64,000 bases of DNA, taken from Escherichia phage Lindwurm. The translations under genes were made by a program, and so were the position numbers. The DNA lies in sequence record NC_134264.1; one strand, 5' to 3'. Of the stretch, positions 1 to 9,981 are shown one piece after another (the first letter of the stretch is position 1; each line of letters begins with the position of its first letter). The notes under the pieces were generated by a model, which was given only the letters and a program-made list of their open reading frames with translations, did not search any database and had not been told where the DNA came from.

Positions 1-577
1 TACTACTTTCGTTGATAGATGTAAATAAGAATTTGATTTGACCCTGAGTTACTTTAACATTAGATTCTAGTATTAAGTGCATTCGGATACCTGGTTTTAG
101 CCCAGCCGAAGACGATGCATGAGCGATAAACCCTGCATCAAGGGGAAACATGTCCTCACTAATACTATTTAACATTCTAATAATATGTCGAGCCATGCCA
201 ACAAGATCAAACTTGTTACAACCACCTGTATCTACAATACCATCCACATCCATTGCAATTATATGACTTGGGTTAGATACATTAAAGTTGCCCTTCTTAC
301 GTCGCACATTATTTTTAGGTGCAAGACATCGACCTCGTACCGCAACGATATGAGGGTCAGACGTTAAACGTCTCATAAGAGGAAGCATTTCTACTAGGGT
401 TTGAGGATCAACTTCATCAATTACATCAAACTTGAAGGGCATTGAAGCTGGTTTACCTTCAGGATGCTTTGAAGAAAATCTTTTAGCAAAAAGATAGTCT
501 TCTGCTTTAACTTCTCGCCAATTGCCTGTGGCTAAATCGCGATGAAATCCTGCATGACCTTGTAGGATTGAGAACAC
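1..577 (-). CDS. hypothetical protein, C-terminal part beyond window edge
   Basis: Open reverse frame from GTG at 577 (AGGAG 7 nt upstream) to window start; contains IIAMDVDGIVDTGG motif; not in ORF track because it runs off the edge. Confidence 0.4.
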   Translation of the reverse strand, partial: MFSILQGHAGFHRDLATGNWREVKAEDYLFAKRFSSKHPEGKPASMPFKFDVIDEVDPQTLVEMLPLMRRLTSDPHIVAVRGRCLAPKNNVRRKKGNFNVSNPSHIIAMDVDGIVDTGGCNKFDLVGMARHIIRMLNSISEDMFPLDAGFIAHASSSAGLKPGIRMHLILESNVKVTQGQIKFLFTSINESS

Positions 578-1139
578 AACAATACTCCTGTGTTGGAAAT
601 GAAATAAGTTTTCTTTAGGACTATTCAGAAAGAATAGAACAACTGTTACTGTCAATTTCTCAACAAATTAATTGCAAATACTGAAGTGGGGTGGCAACTT
701 CCACTTTCACGCTGCGCTGCTGCTTTGCTATACCGCACAAATCCTTGAGGATGGCCGCTAAGCCAGATTTGCTCACCTAATGCTTCATATACTAGCTCAT
801 ACTAGATGCAATATAACTTACAGAATCACGTCTCGGAGTTTTTCACTCCTCCCGTCTCACTTCACAACCACCTCTATCTAGGTTGCTTCGAGGCCTTACC
901 AGGGTTCCTACGGGACGCAGATCGCTAAGTATTCTATTAACTATTTGTTTAAAAACTAACACGTAACAGTTAAAACAACCCTTAATGGGGCAGCCTAACT
1001 GTTCCGTATCGCGGATTGTAAACAAGAAAAATTAGCAAAATCAATTTTTACTAATGTCTCTCAATTCAATATAAATATTATATCAAGATTTTGGGCATCC
1101 TGCAAGTAAAATTTTCCGGATGGTGCTATCATTGGTCTT

Positions 1140-1172
1140 GAGTACGGATAAAACCGAGCCAAAATGACTCGG
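1140..1172 (-). terminator. rho-independent terminator of the minus-strand nrdD operon
   Basis: ACCGAG/CTCGGT stem read on minus strand followed by T-run. Confidence 0.5.
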
Positions 1173-1196
1173 TAATCAGAGTTCAGCTAATAAAAA

Positions 1197-1589
1197 TCAT
1201 TCATCATTTAATCCCGGAACATAGATCCCAACACGGTTTAATTGTTCTTTAGCTTCTTTGAGAATATCTGGAGTGTACTCCCAAATATCATCTTCCACCT
1301 GTAAAAGATGGGGCGAACAACCATCATCCGGCACACGACATATGGCCAAACCACGTGGATGGAACAAAGAGAAGTTTAGGGCAACAATCAAGCCCATAGC
1401 AGACAATTCATTCCAATCCAATTCCCATTCCCCCGCGTAGCCGGATAGGAAAACACCAACACAGGGATCATCTGTTTGCTGCTCAGGAAAAGTGAAGGAG
1501 GCTTGTCTTACCCCCAACCAACGTTGTAGCAGCTTCTCCGCACGTTTCACCAAACTAGGGTCAATCTGACGCCAATATACTTGTTCCAT
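1197..1589 (-). CDS. hypothetical protein, paralogue of adjacent 142-aa ORF
   Basis: 130-aa ORF; shares WxELDxMGL(I/V)xALN and G(I/Y)xxPGL blocks with 1599..2027. Confidence 0.55.
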   Translation of the reverse strand: MEQVYWRQIDPSLVKRAEKLLQRWLGVRQASFTFPEQQTDDPCVGVFLSGYAGEWELDWNELSAMGLIVALNFSLFHPRGLAICRVPDDGCSPHLLQVEDDIWEYTPDILKEAKEQLNRVGIYVPGLNDE

Positions 1590-1598
1590 TATGCCTCC

Positions 1599-2027
1599 TT
1601 AGGCAGTTAAACCTGGGATCATATACCCGAAACGTCGAAGTTTCTGAATCCCCTCATTTACTTCTTCCGGTGAGTAAGACCAACCATAACGTTCATTAAT
1701 CTGAAAACCAGGAGATTCACTAGTTTTATAGTTAACAACTAGGCGATGCTTAGCAGGCATAAACAGCTTATAGTTTAACGCAAAAACTAAGCCCATTTCG
1801 TCTAACTCTTTCCAGCCCACAATCTCTTCAAGATCCTCCTCTACCTGAACAATTAAACCAATACAGGGAGCCTCATCAATATCATCTTTAAAAGCAAAGG
1901 AGATTTCGTTATTCTCACACCATATTTTCAAAGAGTTAATAGCCTCATTATACAGGCTAGCCGGGAGAGTACGCCAAAAGTTAACTAAAATTGGGTTAGC
2001 TTCTTTAGAGAATACATTATTGAACAT
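1599..2027 (-). CDS. hypothetical protein, paralogue of adjacent 130-aa ORF
   Basis: 142-aa ORF, tandem with and similar to 1197..1589. Confidence 0.55.
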   Translation of the reverse strand: MFNNVFSKEANPILVNFWRTLPASLYNEAINSLKIWCENNEISFAFKDDIDEAPCIGLIVQVEEDLEEIVGWKELDEMGLVFALNYKLFMPAKHRLVVNYKTSESPGFQINERYGWSYSPEEVNEGIQKLRRFGYMIPGLTA

Positions 2028-2029
2028 AT

Positions 2030-2542
2030 TTACACCTTAAATTGTTGCAAGGATTTACACATTTCAAGATTTGGGCTAAATTCTAGCATATAGCTAACAG
2101 CTTTTAAATCTTGAAGATTTATCCCAGTCCTACCGTTGACTATAACCGTTGGATACTGATACATCATAGCACCCGCATCATCAAGCACACACCAATGTTT
2201 GAGCTTATGCTTTTCAACGAAGCGAAGAACAGAATTACCCCTAGATAATCCACCCCCAGTAAAATCCGTTGTACCAAGAAAACGATCGATAAGACCTAAT
2301 CCGGTCATAATCTGAATGTTCTCCATCTCATTTCTGACAGAGAACCAAGATGATACTCCAACAATCATTATTGGAGAAGGACGAATAAAGTCCTGAAAAG
2401 CCTTGAGAAGCGGTTTGAAAACCCAATCACTTCCAAAGAAAATCTTTTCATCATCAGGCGCATGATATTGGGAGATGCTCGAATTGAGCACCCCATCAAT
2501 GTCTAGAAAAATAATTGGAGTATTACTTATTTCCTGACACAT
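2030..2542 (-). CDS. HAD-superfamily phosphatase-like protein
   Basis: N-terminal FLDIDGVL (DxDGx) motif typical of HAD hydrolases. Confidence 0.55.
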   Translation of the reverse strand: MCQEISNTPIIFLDIDGVLNSSISQYHAPDDEKIFFGSDWVFKPLLKAFQDFIRPSPIMIVGVSSWFSVRNEMENIQIMTGLGLIDRFLGTTDFTGGGLSRGNSVLRFVEKHKLKHWCVLDDAGAMMYQYPTVIVNGRTGINLQDLKAVSYMLEFSPNLEMCKSLQQFKV

Positions 2543-3338
2543 AAGGTCTACCCTCTAAATGAGCTTCTACACGAGCAATAAAATCAGGATCACTGAAAGC
2601 ATCTACCGCACCTTTACTCCAGTAAGGGATACCGCGTTCTTCCAGCTGGTACATCTCACTACGAGTCATACCTTGATAGCTCGGTTCCGCCGCTAGGGCA
2701 CTATCATAGTAGTTAACAACCATTAGCTTGGCAGCAGTCAAATTAAGAACAGGAAATAATTCCCAGTAGAAGTTAATTACTTGGTTAGAGCAACCAACCA
2801 CAACGATCATATCTTGACTGGTAATACCATCAAAAACATTGTACATTTCTGCGTACGCTGGAGCATGCTCCCCAAAAAAGATTACATTAGGTTTAACCCA
2901 TTTATAATCGTCTGGATCAATAGAATTGTACCCTACATCAATAATCCGTTTATTGCTACTATTGTAGCTATCAGCTACAACAACCTCTTTTAAATATCCG
3001 TGAATGTGCAGAATGTCACTATGTGGAACGCCAGCACGCTCAATAAGGTCATCAACGTTGGTAGTCAAGTTTACTACTTGGCCTGGATATTGTTTATACC
3101 ATTCACCAATACGCAAATGCGCAAGATTGGGTTCAACAGTTTTTAGCTCTTCACGACGCTTGTTGTAAAACATATGGGTTTTATGATAAAAATTACCACG
3201 AAAGGCATGAATATTACATACCTCTTCTAGATCATAATCATCCCACAATGCTTTACCGCTAGCAGTATCAGTACGAAAAGCTCGTACACCACTTTCAACA
3301 CTCAAACCTGCACCACTAATAATAATTAATCTACGCAT
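2523..3338 (-). CDS. Sir2-family (sirtuin-like) NAD-dependent enzyme
   Basis: GAGLSVESGVRAFR, TTNVDDLIERAG, HIHG, PNVIFFGE and VVVGCS blocks match sirtuin core; no CxxC zinc ribbon. Confidence 0.7.
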   Translation of the reverse strand: MRRLIIISGAGLSVESGVRAFRTDTASGKALWDDYDLEEVCNIHAFRGNFYHKTHMFYNKRREELKTVEPNLAHLRIGEWYKQYPGQVVNLTTNVDDLIERAGVPHSDILHIHGYLKEVVVADSYNSSNKRIIDVGYNSIDPDDYKWVKPNVIFFGEHAPAYAEMYNVFDGITSQDMIVVVGCSNQVINFYWELFPVLNLTAAKLMVVNYYDSALAAEPSYQGMTRSEMYQLEERGIPYWSKGAVDAFSDPDFIARVEAHLEGRPYVSGNK

Positions 3339-3552
3339 TTTTCACCTGTTCTCTGAAGTTTTGCCCAATACTGTCTAATAGCTCAGCTAATTCTTTATTG
3401 CCTTTCTCCATTAAGGTATTAGCAATAACTTCTAGCATAGTAGCACAGGATTCAACACCATCCTTATAGCCAGTTTCCCACTGCTGCATTAATGCGTTTT
3501 CCAAAGCGTCGTTTAAACCCTTATCTGGTAGCATCGGCTTCGAGAATGCCAT
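3331..3552 (-). CDS. hypothetical protein
   Basis: 73-aa ORF in minus-strand operon, overlapping neighbours. Confidence 0.4.
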   Translation of the reverse strand: MAFSKPMLPDKGLNDALENALMQQWETGYKDGVESCATMLEVIANTLMEKGNKELAELLDSIGQNFREQVKNA

Positions 3553-3745
3553 AAAGTTTCTCCTCTAGTTCCATAACACGATTTTCATAAGAGGCACGCA
3601 ACTTTTCAATTGCCAGCGCACGCACTGTAACCTCATTAGAATTAATAGCTAATTGGGCCAGATCTTCTGTTTCCATACGTCCGTTGTAAATTAAGCGATA
3701 TTTAAGGTGTTTCACATTCTTAGTCATTATTAAACTCCACTGCAA
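3521..3745 (-). CDS. hypothetical protein
   Basis: 74-aa ORF in minus-strand operon. Confidence 0.4.
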   Translation of the reverse strand: MQWSLIMTKNVKHLKYRLIYNGRMETEDLAQLAINSNEVTVRALAIEKLRASYENRVMELEEKLYGILEADATR

Positions 3746-4100
3746 CTGTTTCTAGGTCTTCATCAGAAAAATTAGAGTATACATCTTTAAGGTATTGTTT
3801 AATGTCTTCAGTAATATCTTCGTATCCCTCAGGAATACGTTGGTATACTTTTAGTACTCTATTATAAACAAATTCAATATCATACTTTATTTCACCCTCA
3901 TCCTCGTCAAACAAGCAATCTGAGTTATACGGTGATACATCTAGATTTGTTTCTACCCAATCACCAATAATTGATGGATATCCAATACCCTCTAGATGGG
4001 AATAATCTCCAGTAGATGCAAAAATAGCTTCTCTAAGATCGTCTACGCCAAGATGGAAACCACCACATGTAGACTCAACTATATAGGGCTTTAATTCCAT
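3720..4100 (-). CDS. hypothetical acidic protein
   Basis: 126-aa ORF immediately downstream of nrdD; no radical-SAM CxxxCxxC so not NrdG. Confidence 0.45.
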   Translation of the reverse strand: MELKPYIVESTCGGFHLGVDDLREAIFASTGDYSHLEGIGYPSIIGDWVETNLDVSPYNSDCLFDEDEGEIKYDIEFVYNRVLKVYQRIPEGYEDITEDIKQYLKDVYSNFSDEDLETVAVEFNND

Positions 4101-4199
4101 ACCTTTCTCCTCTCAAATTTATAAATCTATTATATATAAATTTTTGGCTGAAAGCAAATAAAATAAAAGCCAGGTCGACTAGCAACCCGGCTGATTAGC

Positions 4200-6074
4200 T
4201 TATTTAGCTCGAATATCCTGATGTTTCACTCTGCCCATCACCTCGTGCTGTTTACCGGGGTTAAATGGACGAGCACCCGGATTTCCAAGATACCCACAAA
4301 CTCGACGAGTTACTTCAAGAGTTTCGGGGTCATGATTACCACAGATAGGGCACTTAAATCCATCTTCGGATGCTATTGTTTCACCTAAGAATCCACATTT
4401 ACCACAAGAATCCACCGGAGTATTAATACCGAAGTAATGAACCTTACTAGCAGCATAATTAATAACCCATTCCAATGCATCTGGGAATCGTTTCATATCC
4501 GGTAATTCTACATAGGAAATACACCCACCAGAAGCAATCGGAGTAAAGTTAGATTCATAATCAAATTTGACGTTAGGAGCAACTTTACGTTCCACATCAA
4601 GGTGGTGAGAGTTAGTGTAGTATCCTTTGGACAGAATATCTTCATGCTCCGGGAAATATTCACGGTCTAGACGACAAAAACGGTCACATAGGGATTCTGA
4701 TGGTGTAGCATACAGGCTATAACCTAACTTAGTCTCTTCCTTCTTTTGATCGACCCTATCTCGCATGTACTGCAATACACGCTGAACAAACTTGATGCAG
4801 GTCTCGGACATTGTATCTACATCTTTGCCAAACATGAACTGTAGCATTTCATGGCAACCAATATACCCTAGAGATACAGAAGCACGGTTATAGAAATGAT
4901 CGAATACATATTCATCAGGCCCCAAGCGTAACCCAAAGGCTCCTGACATATAGAGGATGGGTGCAGCTTTAGCTTGAATGTATTTTAAGCGATCAACTCT
5001 CCACTCCAACGCTTTTAATGCTGTATCCACACGTAGCTCAAGCAAATCAAAGAATAGGTCAATATTTCCCTCAGCTTCGATAGCAATTCTAGGCAAGTTT
5101 ACAGAAACAACACCTAAGTTATTACGACCGGCAGTTTCACCATCTTCTGTAGCAGCTAGGAATGAACGACAGCCCATAGAAACTTTATAGTCTCCAGTAA
5201 CTTCTACAACCTTGTCATAACTGATATAATCTGGATACATACGTTCAGCAGTACATTTCATAGCTAATTTCTTGATGTCATAATTAACATCTCCTGGTTT
5301 CATATTTACGCCATCACGAAGTACAAATACCAGTTTCGGGAAGATAGCTGTACGTTTATTGATACCTAAACCATCCATGCGTACTTTCAGTATTGCCCTC
5401 TGTACTAGACGTGCTTCCCAAGAAGTTCCTAGACCAAAACCAAAGGTAATAAATGGACTCTGACCATTAGAGTTGAACATGGTATTGATTTCATATTCTA
5501 AACCCTGACAAGCGTCATAGACTTCTTTTTCAGTCATCTCCGTAGCCATTACGGATGCTTTGGCTTCATCCTTAGTCCAACGTTTTGCAAACGCATGATT
5601 TTTATCATAGGATTTACGAACATAAGGGGCTAATACTTCATCAAGGCGATCTACAGAAGTACCACCATACTGATGGGAGCTAACCTGAGTGATAATCTGA
5701 GCAGTAATAGCCGCCGCAGTAGTAATAGAGTTTGGAGTGCTAATTTCAGCATTACCAACCTTCATACCATTCTTCAACATATCTTCCAGAGCTACCAGAC
5801 AACAGTTAGTCATGCCTAATGCAGCATAATCAGCATCATGGAAATGAATATCCCCAATCATATGAGCATTTCGAATCTGAATTGGCATTTCTTCTAGAAT
5901 CAGATACTTACTCAATTCACCTGCAAGCATATCCCTTTGTGTAGGGAAACGTTCTGAGGGTTTATTGGCATTATTAAATAGCAGCTCTTCATCTGCTGAC
6001 CCTTCGATAATCTCTTTGCAGTTTCTAATTAACGCCTGCATTTCTTTATATTTTAGTTCTTCGTTACGATTCAT
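4200..6074 (-). CDS. nrdD: anaerobic ribonucleoside-triphosphate reductase (class III)
   Basis: 624 aa; C-terminal glycyl-radical motif RVCGYLG and CxxC zinc site (CGKC...CPIC). Confidence 0.9.
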   Translation of the reverse strand: MNRNEELKYKEMQALIRNCKEIIEGSADEELLFNNANKPSERFPTQRDMLAGELSKYLILEEMPIQIRNAHMIGDIHFHDADYAALGMTNCCLVALEDMLKNGMKVGNAEISTPNSITTAAAITAQIITQVSSHQYGGTSVDRLDEVLAPYVRKSYDKNHAFAKRWTKDEAKASVMATEMTEKEVYDACQGLEYEINTMFNSNGQSPFITFGFGLGTSWEARLVQRAILKVRMDGLGINKRTAIFPKLVFVLRDGVNMKPGDVNYDIKKLAMKCTAERMYPDYISYDKVVEVTGDYKVSMGCRSFLAATEDGETAGRNNLGVVSVNLPRIAIEAEGNIDLFFDLLELRVDTALKALEWRVDRLKYIQAKAAPILYMSGAFGLRLGPDEYVFDHFYNRASVSLGYIGCHEMLQFMFGKDVDTMSETCIKFVQRVLQYMRDRVDQKKEETKLGYSLYATPSESLCDRFCRLDREYFPEHEDILSKGYYTNSHHLDVERKVAPNVKFDYESNFTPIASGGCISYVELPDMKRFPDALEWVINYAASKVHYFGINTPVDSCGKCGFLGETIASEDGFKCPICGNHDPETLEVTRRVCGYLGNPGARPFNPGKQHEVMGRVKHQDIRAK

Positions 6075-6103
6075 TACACCCTCCTTCTCTAACTAAGACT
6101 ACT

Positions 6104-6132
6104 ATTATAACTCATTCGAGGGCGGATGTCAA
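6104..6132 (-). promoter_or_regulatory. consensus sigma70 promoter for nrdD operon
   Basis: Minus strand reads TTGACA-17 bp-TATAAT upstream of nrdD start. Confidence 0.6.
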
Positions 6133-6183
6133 CAATATTTTACTATAAAGTTCTGTAACATGATCTGAGTCAAAAAATTTTAT

Positions 6184-6212
6184 TTGCCAACCTCTATTAA
6201 AAATTGTATAAT
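6184..6212 (+). promoter_or_regulatory. T5-type early promoter
   Basis: TTGCCA-17 bp-TATAAT with A/T-rich upstream tract. Confidence 0.5.
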
Positions 6213-6324
6213 CACGCACTCGTGTATGCGATATAAAATGATTATCTAGTATCACACATCTCCCGTTAAAAGCAAGCAAATTTTTTATTTAAATGCAATA
6301 TCATAGGCTTATTTAAAATTGTAG

Positions 6325-6353
6325 TTGCTTTTTACTGTATATATTGGTATAAT
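6325..6353 (+). promoter_or_regulatory. T5-type early promoter upstream of phoH
   Basis: TTGCTT-17 bp-TATAAT. Confidence 0.6.
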
Positions 6354-6426
6354 ATATTTGTAAGTTGATAAACAAGATCTTTTTGTTGATCCTCTGTTAG
6401 CGAAGTACACTATAGGAGTGTTATTT

Positions 6427-7179
6427 ATGGGAAAAGCACGTCAAAAAAGAGAGAACCGCAATGGTTCAAGAAAGTGTGGCAACAAATATGAGAATAACGT
6501 AATTCAGGCTGATTTTTCTAATGATTACGCTAACCCAGTTGCTAAATCCCTAGTAGGTAAAAACCGCGAGCAAAAATCATATATCAATATGATCAAGAAC
6601 AACACAGTGACTGTGGGTATCGGTGAGCCAGGTACTGGTAAAACCTTTATTCCGTCCGTTCTTGCAGCTCAGGAACTCGTAGACATTCACTCAGATATTG
6701 AGCAAGTGATCCTCGTACGTCCTAATGAACCTCTAGGTAAGTCTCTTGGTATGCTTCCTGGTGATCTAGCGGAAAAGCTAGAGCCTTGGTTGGAGCCAAT
6801 AGCTGATGGTATGAAATGGGCCATCGGCGATCATGCATATAAGGGATATGTCGAACGTCAGAAAATTAAATTTTTGGCTATCGAACATGCTCGTGGCAGA
6901 ACTTTCAACAACTCCTATGTAATTGTCGATGAAGCTCAGAATATTTCCGTTGAGGCAATGATTTGTCTCCTAACTCGTGTAGGACAAGACTGCCGTTTAA
7001 TTATCTGCGGAGATATAGCTCAGAAAGACATTAAAGGTGACTCAGGTCTAGCACTCCTTATGGAAGTCTATGAGAAATACGAAAATGCCCCATTCTCAAT
7101 GATCGAATTGATTGATAACGTTCGTTCTGTTGAGTCTAAAGCATTCTATGATATTTTTAAAGACATGGGGAAGGTGTAA
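6427..7179 (+). CDS. phoH: PhoH-like ATPase
   Basis: Walker A GEPGTGKT; PhoH-like length; AGGAG 8 nt upstream of ATG 6427. Confidence 0.8.
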   Translation: MGKARQKRENRNGSRKCGNKYENNVIQADFSNDYANPVAKSLVGKNREQKSYINMIKNNTVTVGIGEPGTGKTFIPSVLAAQELVDIHSDIEQVILVRPNEPLGKSLGMLPGDLAEKLEPWLEPIADGMKWAIGDHAYKGYVERQKIKFLAIEHARGRTFNNSYVIVDEAQNISVEAMICLLTRVGQDCRLIICGDIAQKDIKGDSGLALLMEVYEKYENAPFSMIELIDNVRSVESKAFYDIFKDMGKV

Positions 7180-7180
7180 T

Positions 7181-7402
7181 ATGGGAAACGTCGTTCATCT
7201 GAGCCGTAAAACTAAAATACATCGTACTTCACTGAGTGCTGCTAATATGATTACACGTAAGGAAGGGGAAGAAAGTCCTAAGACAACCCTAGCGTGGAAA
7301 ATTGTAACCTCAAATCCAAATAAACCATTCAATTATAACGAGCTGAGCACCTCCATAGATATTCTATTAAAAGAAGTAGCTAGAGCTAAAGTAATTGAAT
7401 AA
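7181..7402 (+). CDS. hypothetical protein
   Basis: 73-aa ORF from ATG 7181 with GGAAGG RBS; track ORF 7112 trimmed to this start. Confidence 0.4.
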   Translation: MGNVVHLSRKTKIHRTSLSAANMITRKEGEESPKTTLAWKIVTSNPNKPFNYNELSTSIDILLKEVARAKVIE

Positions 7403-7429
7403 GCTAAAAAGCTAGACTGGTAGTATACA

Positions 7430-7462
7430 GGGCCTGAGTATGAAAATACTCGGGCCTTTTCT
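7430..7462 (+). terminator. rho-independent terminator
   Basis: GGCCTGAGTA/TACTCGGGCC stem followed by TTTTCT. Confidence 0.6.
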
Positions 7463-7477
7463 ATCAGAAAATTTTAT

Positions 7478-7506
7478 TTGCCTAATGACCGATAATAAAG
7501 TAGAAT
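7478..7506 (+). promoter_or_regulatory. promoter upstream of nrdA
   Basis: TTGCCT-17 bp-TAGAAT. Confidence 0.5.
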
Positions 7507-7544
7507 ATTCCTTAAATCCTGATAACTATAAAAAGGAAAGCCAA

Positions 7545-9875
7545 ATGAGCCATCGCATTGAAAAAGTAATTAAACGTGACGGTACTGTAGAAGACTTTGC
7601 TCCTGAAAAACTCAATGGTTGGGCAGAGTATGGTTGCAAAACAGTTGATGTAAGTTGGTCAGCCATTACTATGGCTGCTCAAAAAACTCTGCCTAAAGGG
7701 GTTGTAGATTCCGACACTCTGATGGATGCATTAATTAAAGCTGCTGAAAGTCTTATCAAAGATAACCCAGCATACGATGTACCAGCAAAGGAATTACGTC
7801 TTGCGCAAATGCGTAAACGCCTTTATGACTCTTTCGAACCACCTTCTCTACGCTTCTTCCATGACCATATGGTTAGCGTAGGTGCATGGGAAGACATGAG
7901 TGCATGGATTACAGATGAGCAATTTGAAGCTCTGAATCAGGTTATCGACCATGATCGTGACCGTCTTTTTACTAGTGGTGGACTGAAGCAGTTCTTTGAT
8001 AAGTATTCCCGTCGTAACATAGCCACTGGTGAAATTTACGAAACTCCGCAGTTTGCCTACATGGGTATGGCAATGGCGATGCTATCTCAACCTAACTGGA
8101 CAATTCTAGATGCAATCGATCTCTACAACGCAATGTCACTCCACAAAATCAACGTTCCTACGCCGCCACTGGTTGGTCTGCGCTCTAGTGACCGTGGATT
8201 TGCTAGTTGCTGCCTCGTGGATTCCACTGACACGTTGGATTCAATCGACACCGCCGAGCACATCGTCTTCAAAATGGTCGCAGCCAGAGCGGGAATCGGG
8301 TATCATCTTGAAAGCCGATCAATTGCTGATCCGGTGCGAAATGGGGCATTCCCGCATTCCGGAAAACTGCCATATTATCGACACATTGACCGCTCAGTAA
8401 AGGCCAATACTCAGCAAACTCGTGGTGGTTCTGCTACAGTGTCTTATCCATACTTCGACCCTGAAATCATTCAATTGATGCAGGTTAAGCAACAACGTGC
8501 TACAGATGAGAATAAAATCGATAAGATGGATTATTCTCTGAGCTTTAACAATCTTTTGTTAAAACGTTATCTTAAAAACGAAGATATTACGCTAATGTCA
8601 TACTTCTATGCTCCAGAAGTTCATGAAGCGTTTTATAGTGATGACGAGGCTAAATTTGAAGAAATCTACGTGGCAGCGGAGAAACGTGTGGCATCTCTTA
8701 CAAAGATCGACCACGAAGGAAGAACAGTTCCTGCAGCTCCTAAAGTCTCTGCAAAAGAAATCCTAGATACTTGGCTACGTATCCGAATGGAAACAGGACG
8801 TATGTATGCTCATCACATCGGGGAATCTAACCGTCACGGTAACTTCCTTGATCCGATCCGTATGACAAACCTTTGTGTTGAAATTACTCAGCCTACACGC
8901 CCGTTCCATCATATCACGGAACTGTATAAGACAAAAGAGCAGCTTGATCAAATGAAGCCGGAGGATATCGGTGAAGTATCTCTGTGTAACTTAGGTGGTG
9001 TTGTACTTGGACGCATGGAATCTCTGGCTGAGTGGGAAAAAACTTGCTACATCCTTCTGAAATTCGTTGATACAATTATTGAAATTCAGGATTATCCATT
9101 CCCAACTATGGAGTATACGGCTAAGAAACGTCGTAATGTTGGTATTGGCCTGATGAACGCAGCAGGTGCAATGGCAGCAGAAGGTCTGGCTTACGAAGGT
9201 ATTGAAGCTCGTAACTGGATCCACCGTGAGGCTGAAAAACTGTCTTACTTCCTGCATAAAGCCTCTGTACGCCTAGCTAAAGAACAGGGCGCATGTGAGT
9301 GGTTTGATCGTACTAAACCGTCTAAAGGAATTCTGGTAATCGACACGTACAAGAAAACTGTTGATGAACTGGTATCCGTAGGTCTAGAAATGGATTGGGA
9401 GTCTCTGCGTGCAGATATTCTGAAATATGGTATGCGTAACTCTGTTCTGACTGCTCAGATGCCAGGAGAAAGTTCTTCTGTTCTGTTAGGTGTTACTAAC
9501 TCTATCGAACCACCTCGTAAGATTGTATCTATCAAGGGTAGTGCAGTAAATAAAGTAATTGCAATTGCTCCGGGTGCAACCGATTGGGAAACGTTAATGA
9601 GCTATAAACTGGCTTATGATGTAGATCGTATCGAGTGGATCAAGTGGGTAGCAACTATGCAGAAATTCTTCAGTCAGTCTATCAGTACGAATATGTATTA
9701 TGACTACACCAAGTTTGAGAATGAAATCATTCCTGGCCCAGTAGTAGTTCGTGATTTCATGACTGCTGTTAAGTATGGGTGGAAAACTTGGTATTATGCT
9801 AACTTCAATACCGCAAATGGTGGAGGTGCTGGAGAAGAAGCAGCCGGTTGTGCATCCGGTGGTTGTACTATTTAA
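7545..9875 (+). CDS. nrdA: ribonucleoside-diphosphate reductase alpha subunit
   Basis: ATP-cone start MSHRIEKVIKRDG; NLCVEI active-site block; ~776 aa; RBS AAAGGAAAG. Confidence 0.9.
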   Translation: MSHRIEKVIKRDGTVEDFAPEKLNGWAEYGCKTVDVSWSAITMAAQKTLPKGVVDSDTLMDALIKAAESLIKDNPAYDVPAKELRLAQMRKRLYDSFEPPSLRFFHDHMVSVGAWEDMSAWITDEQFEALNQVIDHDRDRLFTSGGLKQFFDKYSRRNIATGEIYETPQFAYMGMAMAMLSQPNWTILDAIDLYNAMSLHKINVPTPPLVGLRSSDRGFASCCLVDSTDTLDSIDTAEHIVFKMVAARAGIGYHLESRSIADPVRNGAFPHSGKLPYYRHIDRSVKANTQQTRGGSATVSYPYFDPEIIQLMQVKQQRATDENKIDKMDYSLSFNNLLLKRYLKNEDITLMSYFYAPEVHEAFYSDDEAKFEEIYVAAEKRVASLTKIDHEGRTVPAAPKVSAKEILDTWLRIRMETGRMYAHHIGESNRHGNFLDPIRMTNLCVEITQPTRPFHHITELYKTKEQLDQMKPEDIGEVSLCNLGGVVLGRMESLAEWEKTCYILLKFVDTIIEIQDYPFPTMEYTAKKRRNVGIGLMNAAGAMAAEGLAYEGIEARNWIHREAEKLSYFLHKASVRLAKEQGACEWFDRTKPSKGILVIDTYKKTVDELVSVGLEMDWESLRADILKYGMRNSVLTAQMPGESSSVLLGVTNSIEPPRKIVSIKGSAVNKVIAIAPGATDWETLMSYKLAYDVDRIEWIKWVATMQKFFSQSISTNMYYDYTKFENEIIPGPVVVRDFMTAVKYGWKTWYYANFNTANGGGAGEEAAGCASGGCTI

Positions 9876-9883
9876 TAAAAACA

Positions 9884-9910
9884 AGGAGATCTTCGGGTCT
9901 CCTTTTTCTT
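9884..9910 (+). terminator. rho-independent terminator
   Basis: GGAGATC-TTCG-GGTCTCC hairpin plus TTTTTCT. Confidence 0.65.
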
Positions 9911-9921
9911 TGAAATTTTAC

Positions 9922-9950
9922 TTGCTAATCGCTACCAGATTTGCTATAAT
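9922..9950 (+). promoter_or_regulatory. T5-type early promoter upstream of nrdB
   Basis: TTGCTA-17 bp-TATAAT. Confidence 0.6.
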
Positions 9951-9981
9951 ATTCCTGAAATAGTGAGAAAGAGGAAAATCA

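Noticed and set aside
843-1025. Track ORF 843..1025 (-), 60 aa
   Set aside because: Requires a TTG start without RBS in an otherwise non-coding gap.
3720-4100. 126-aa ORF downstream of nrdD as the NrdG activase
   Set aside because: No radical-SAM CxxxCxxC motif; acidic composition unlike NrdG.
8110-9884. Track ORFs 8110..8400 (+), 8991..9257 (-) and 9594..9884 (-) inside nrdA
   Set aside because: Alternative-frame or antisense ORFs within a strongly supported nrdA coding sequence.
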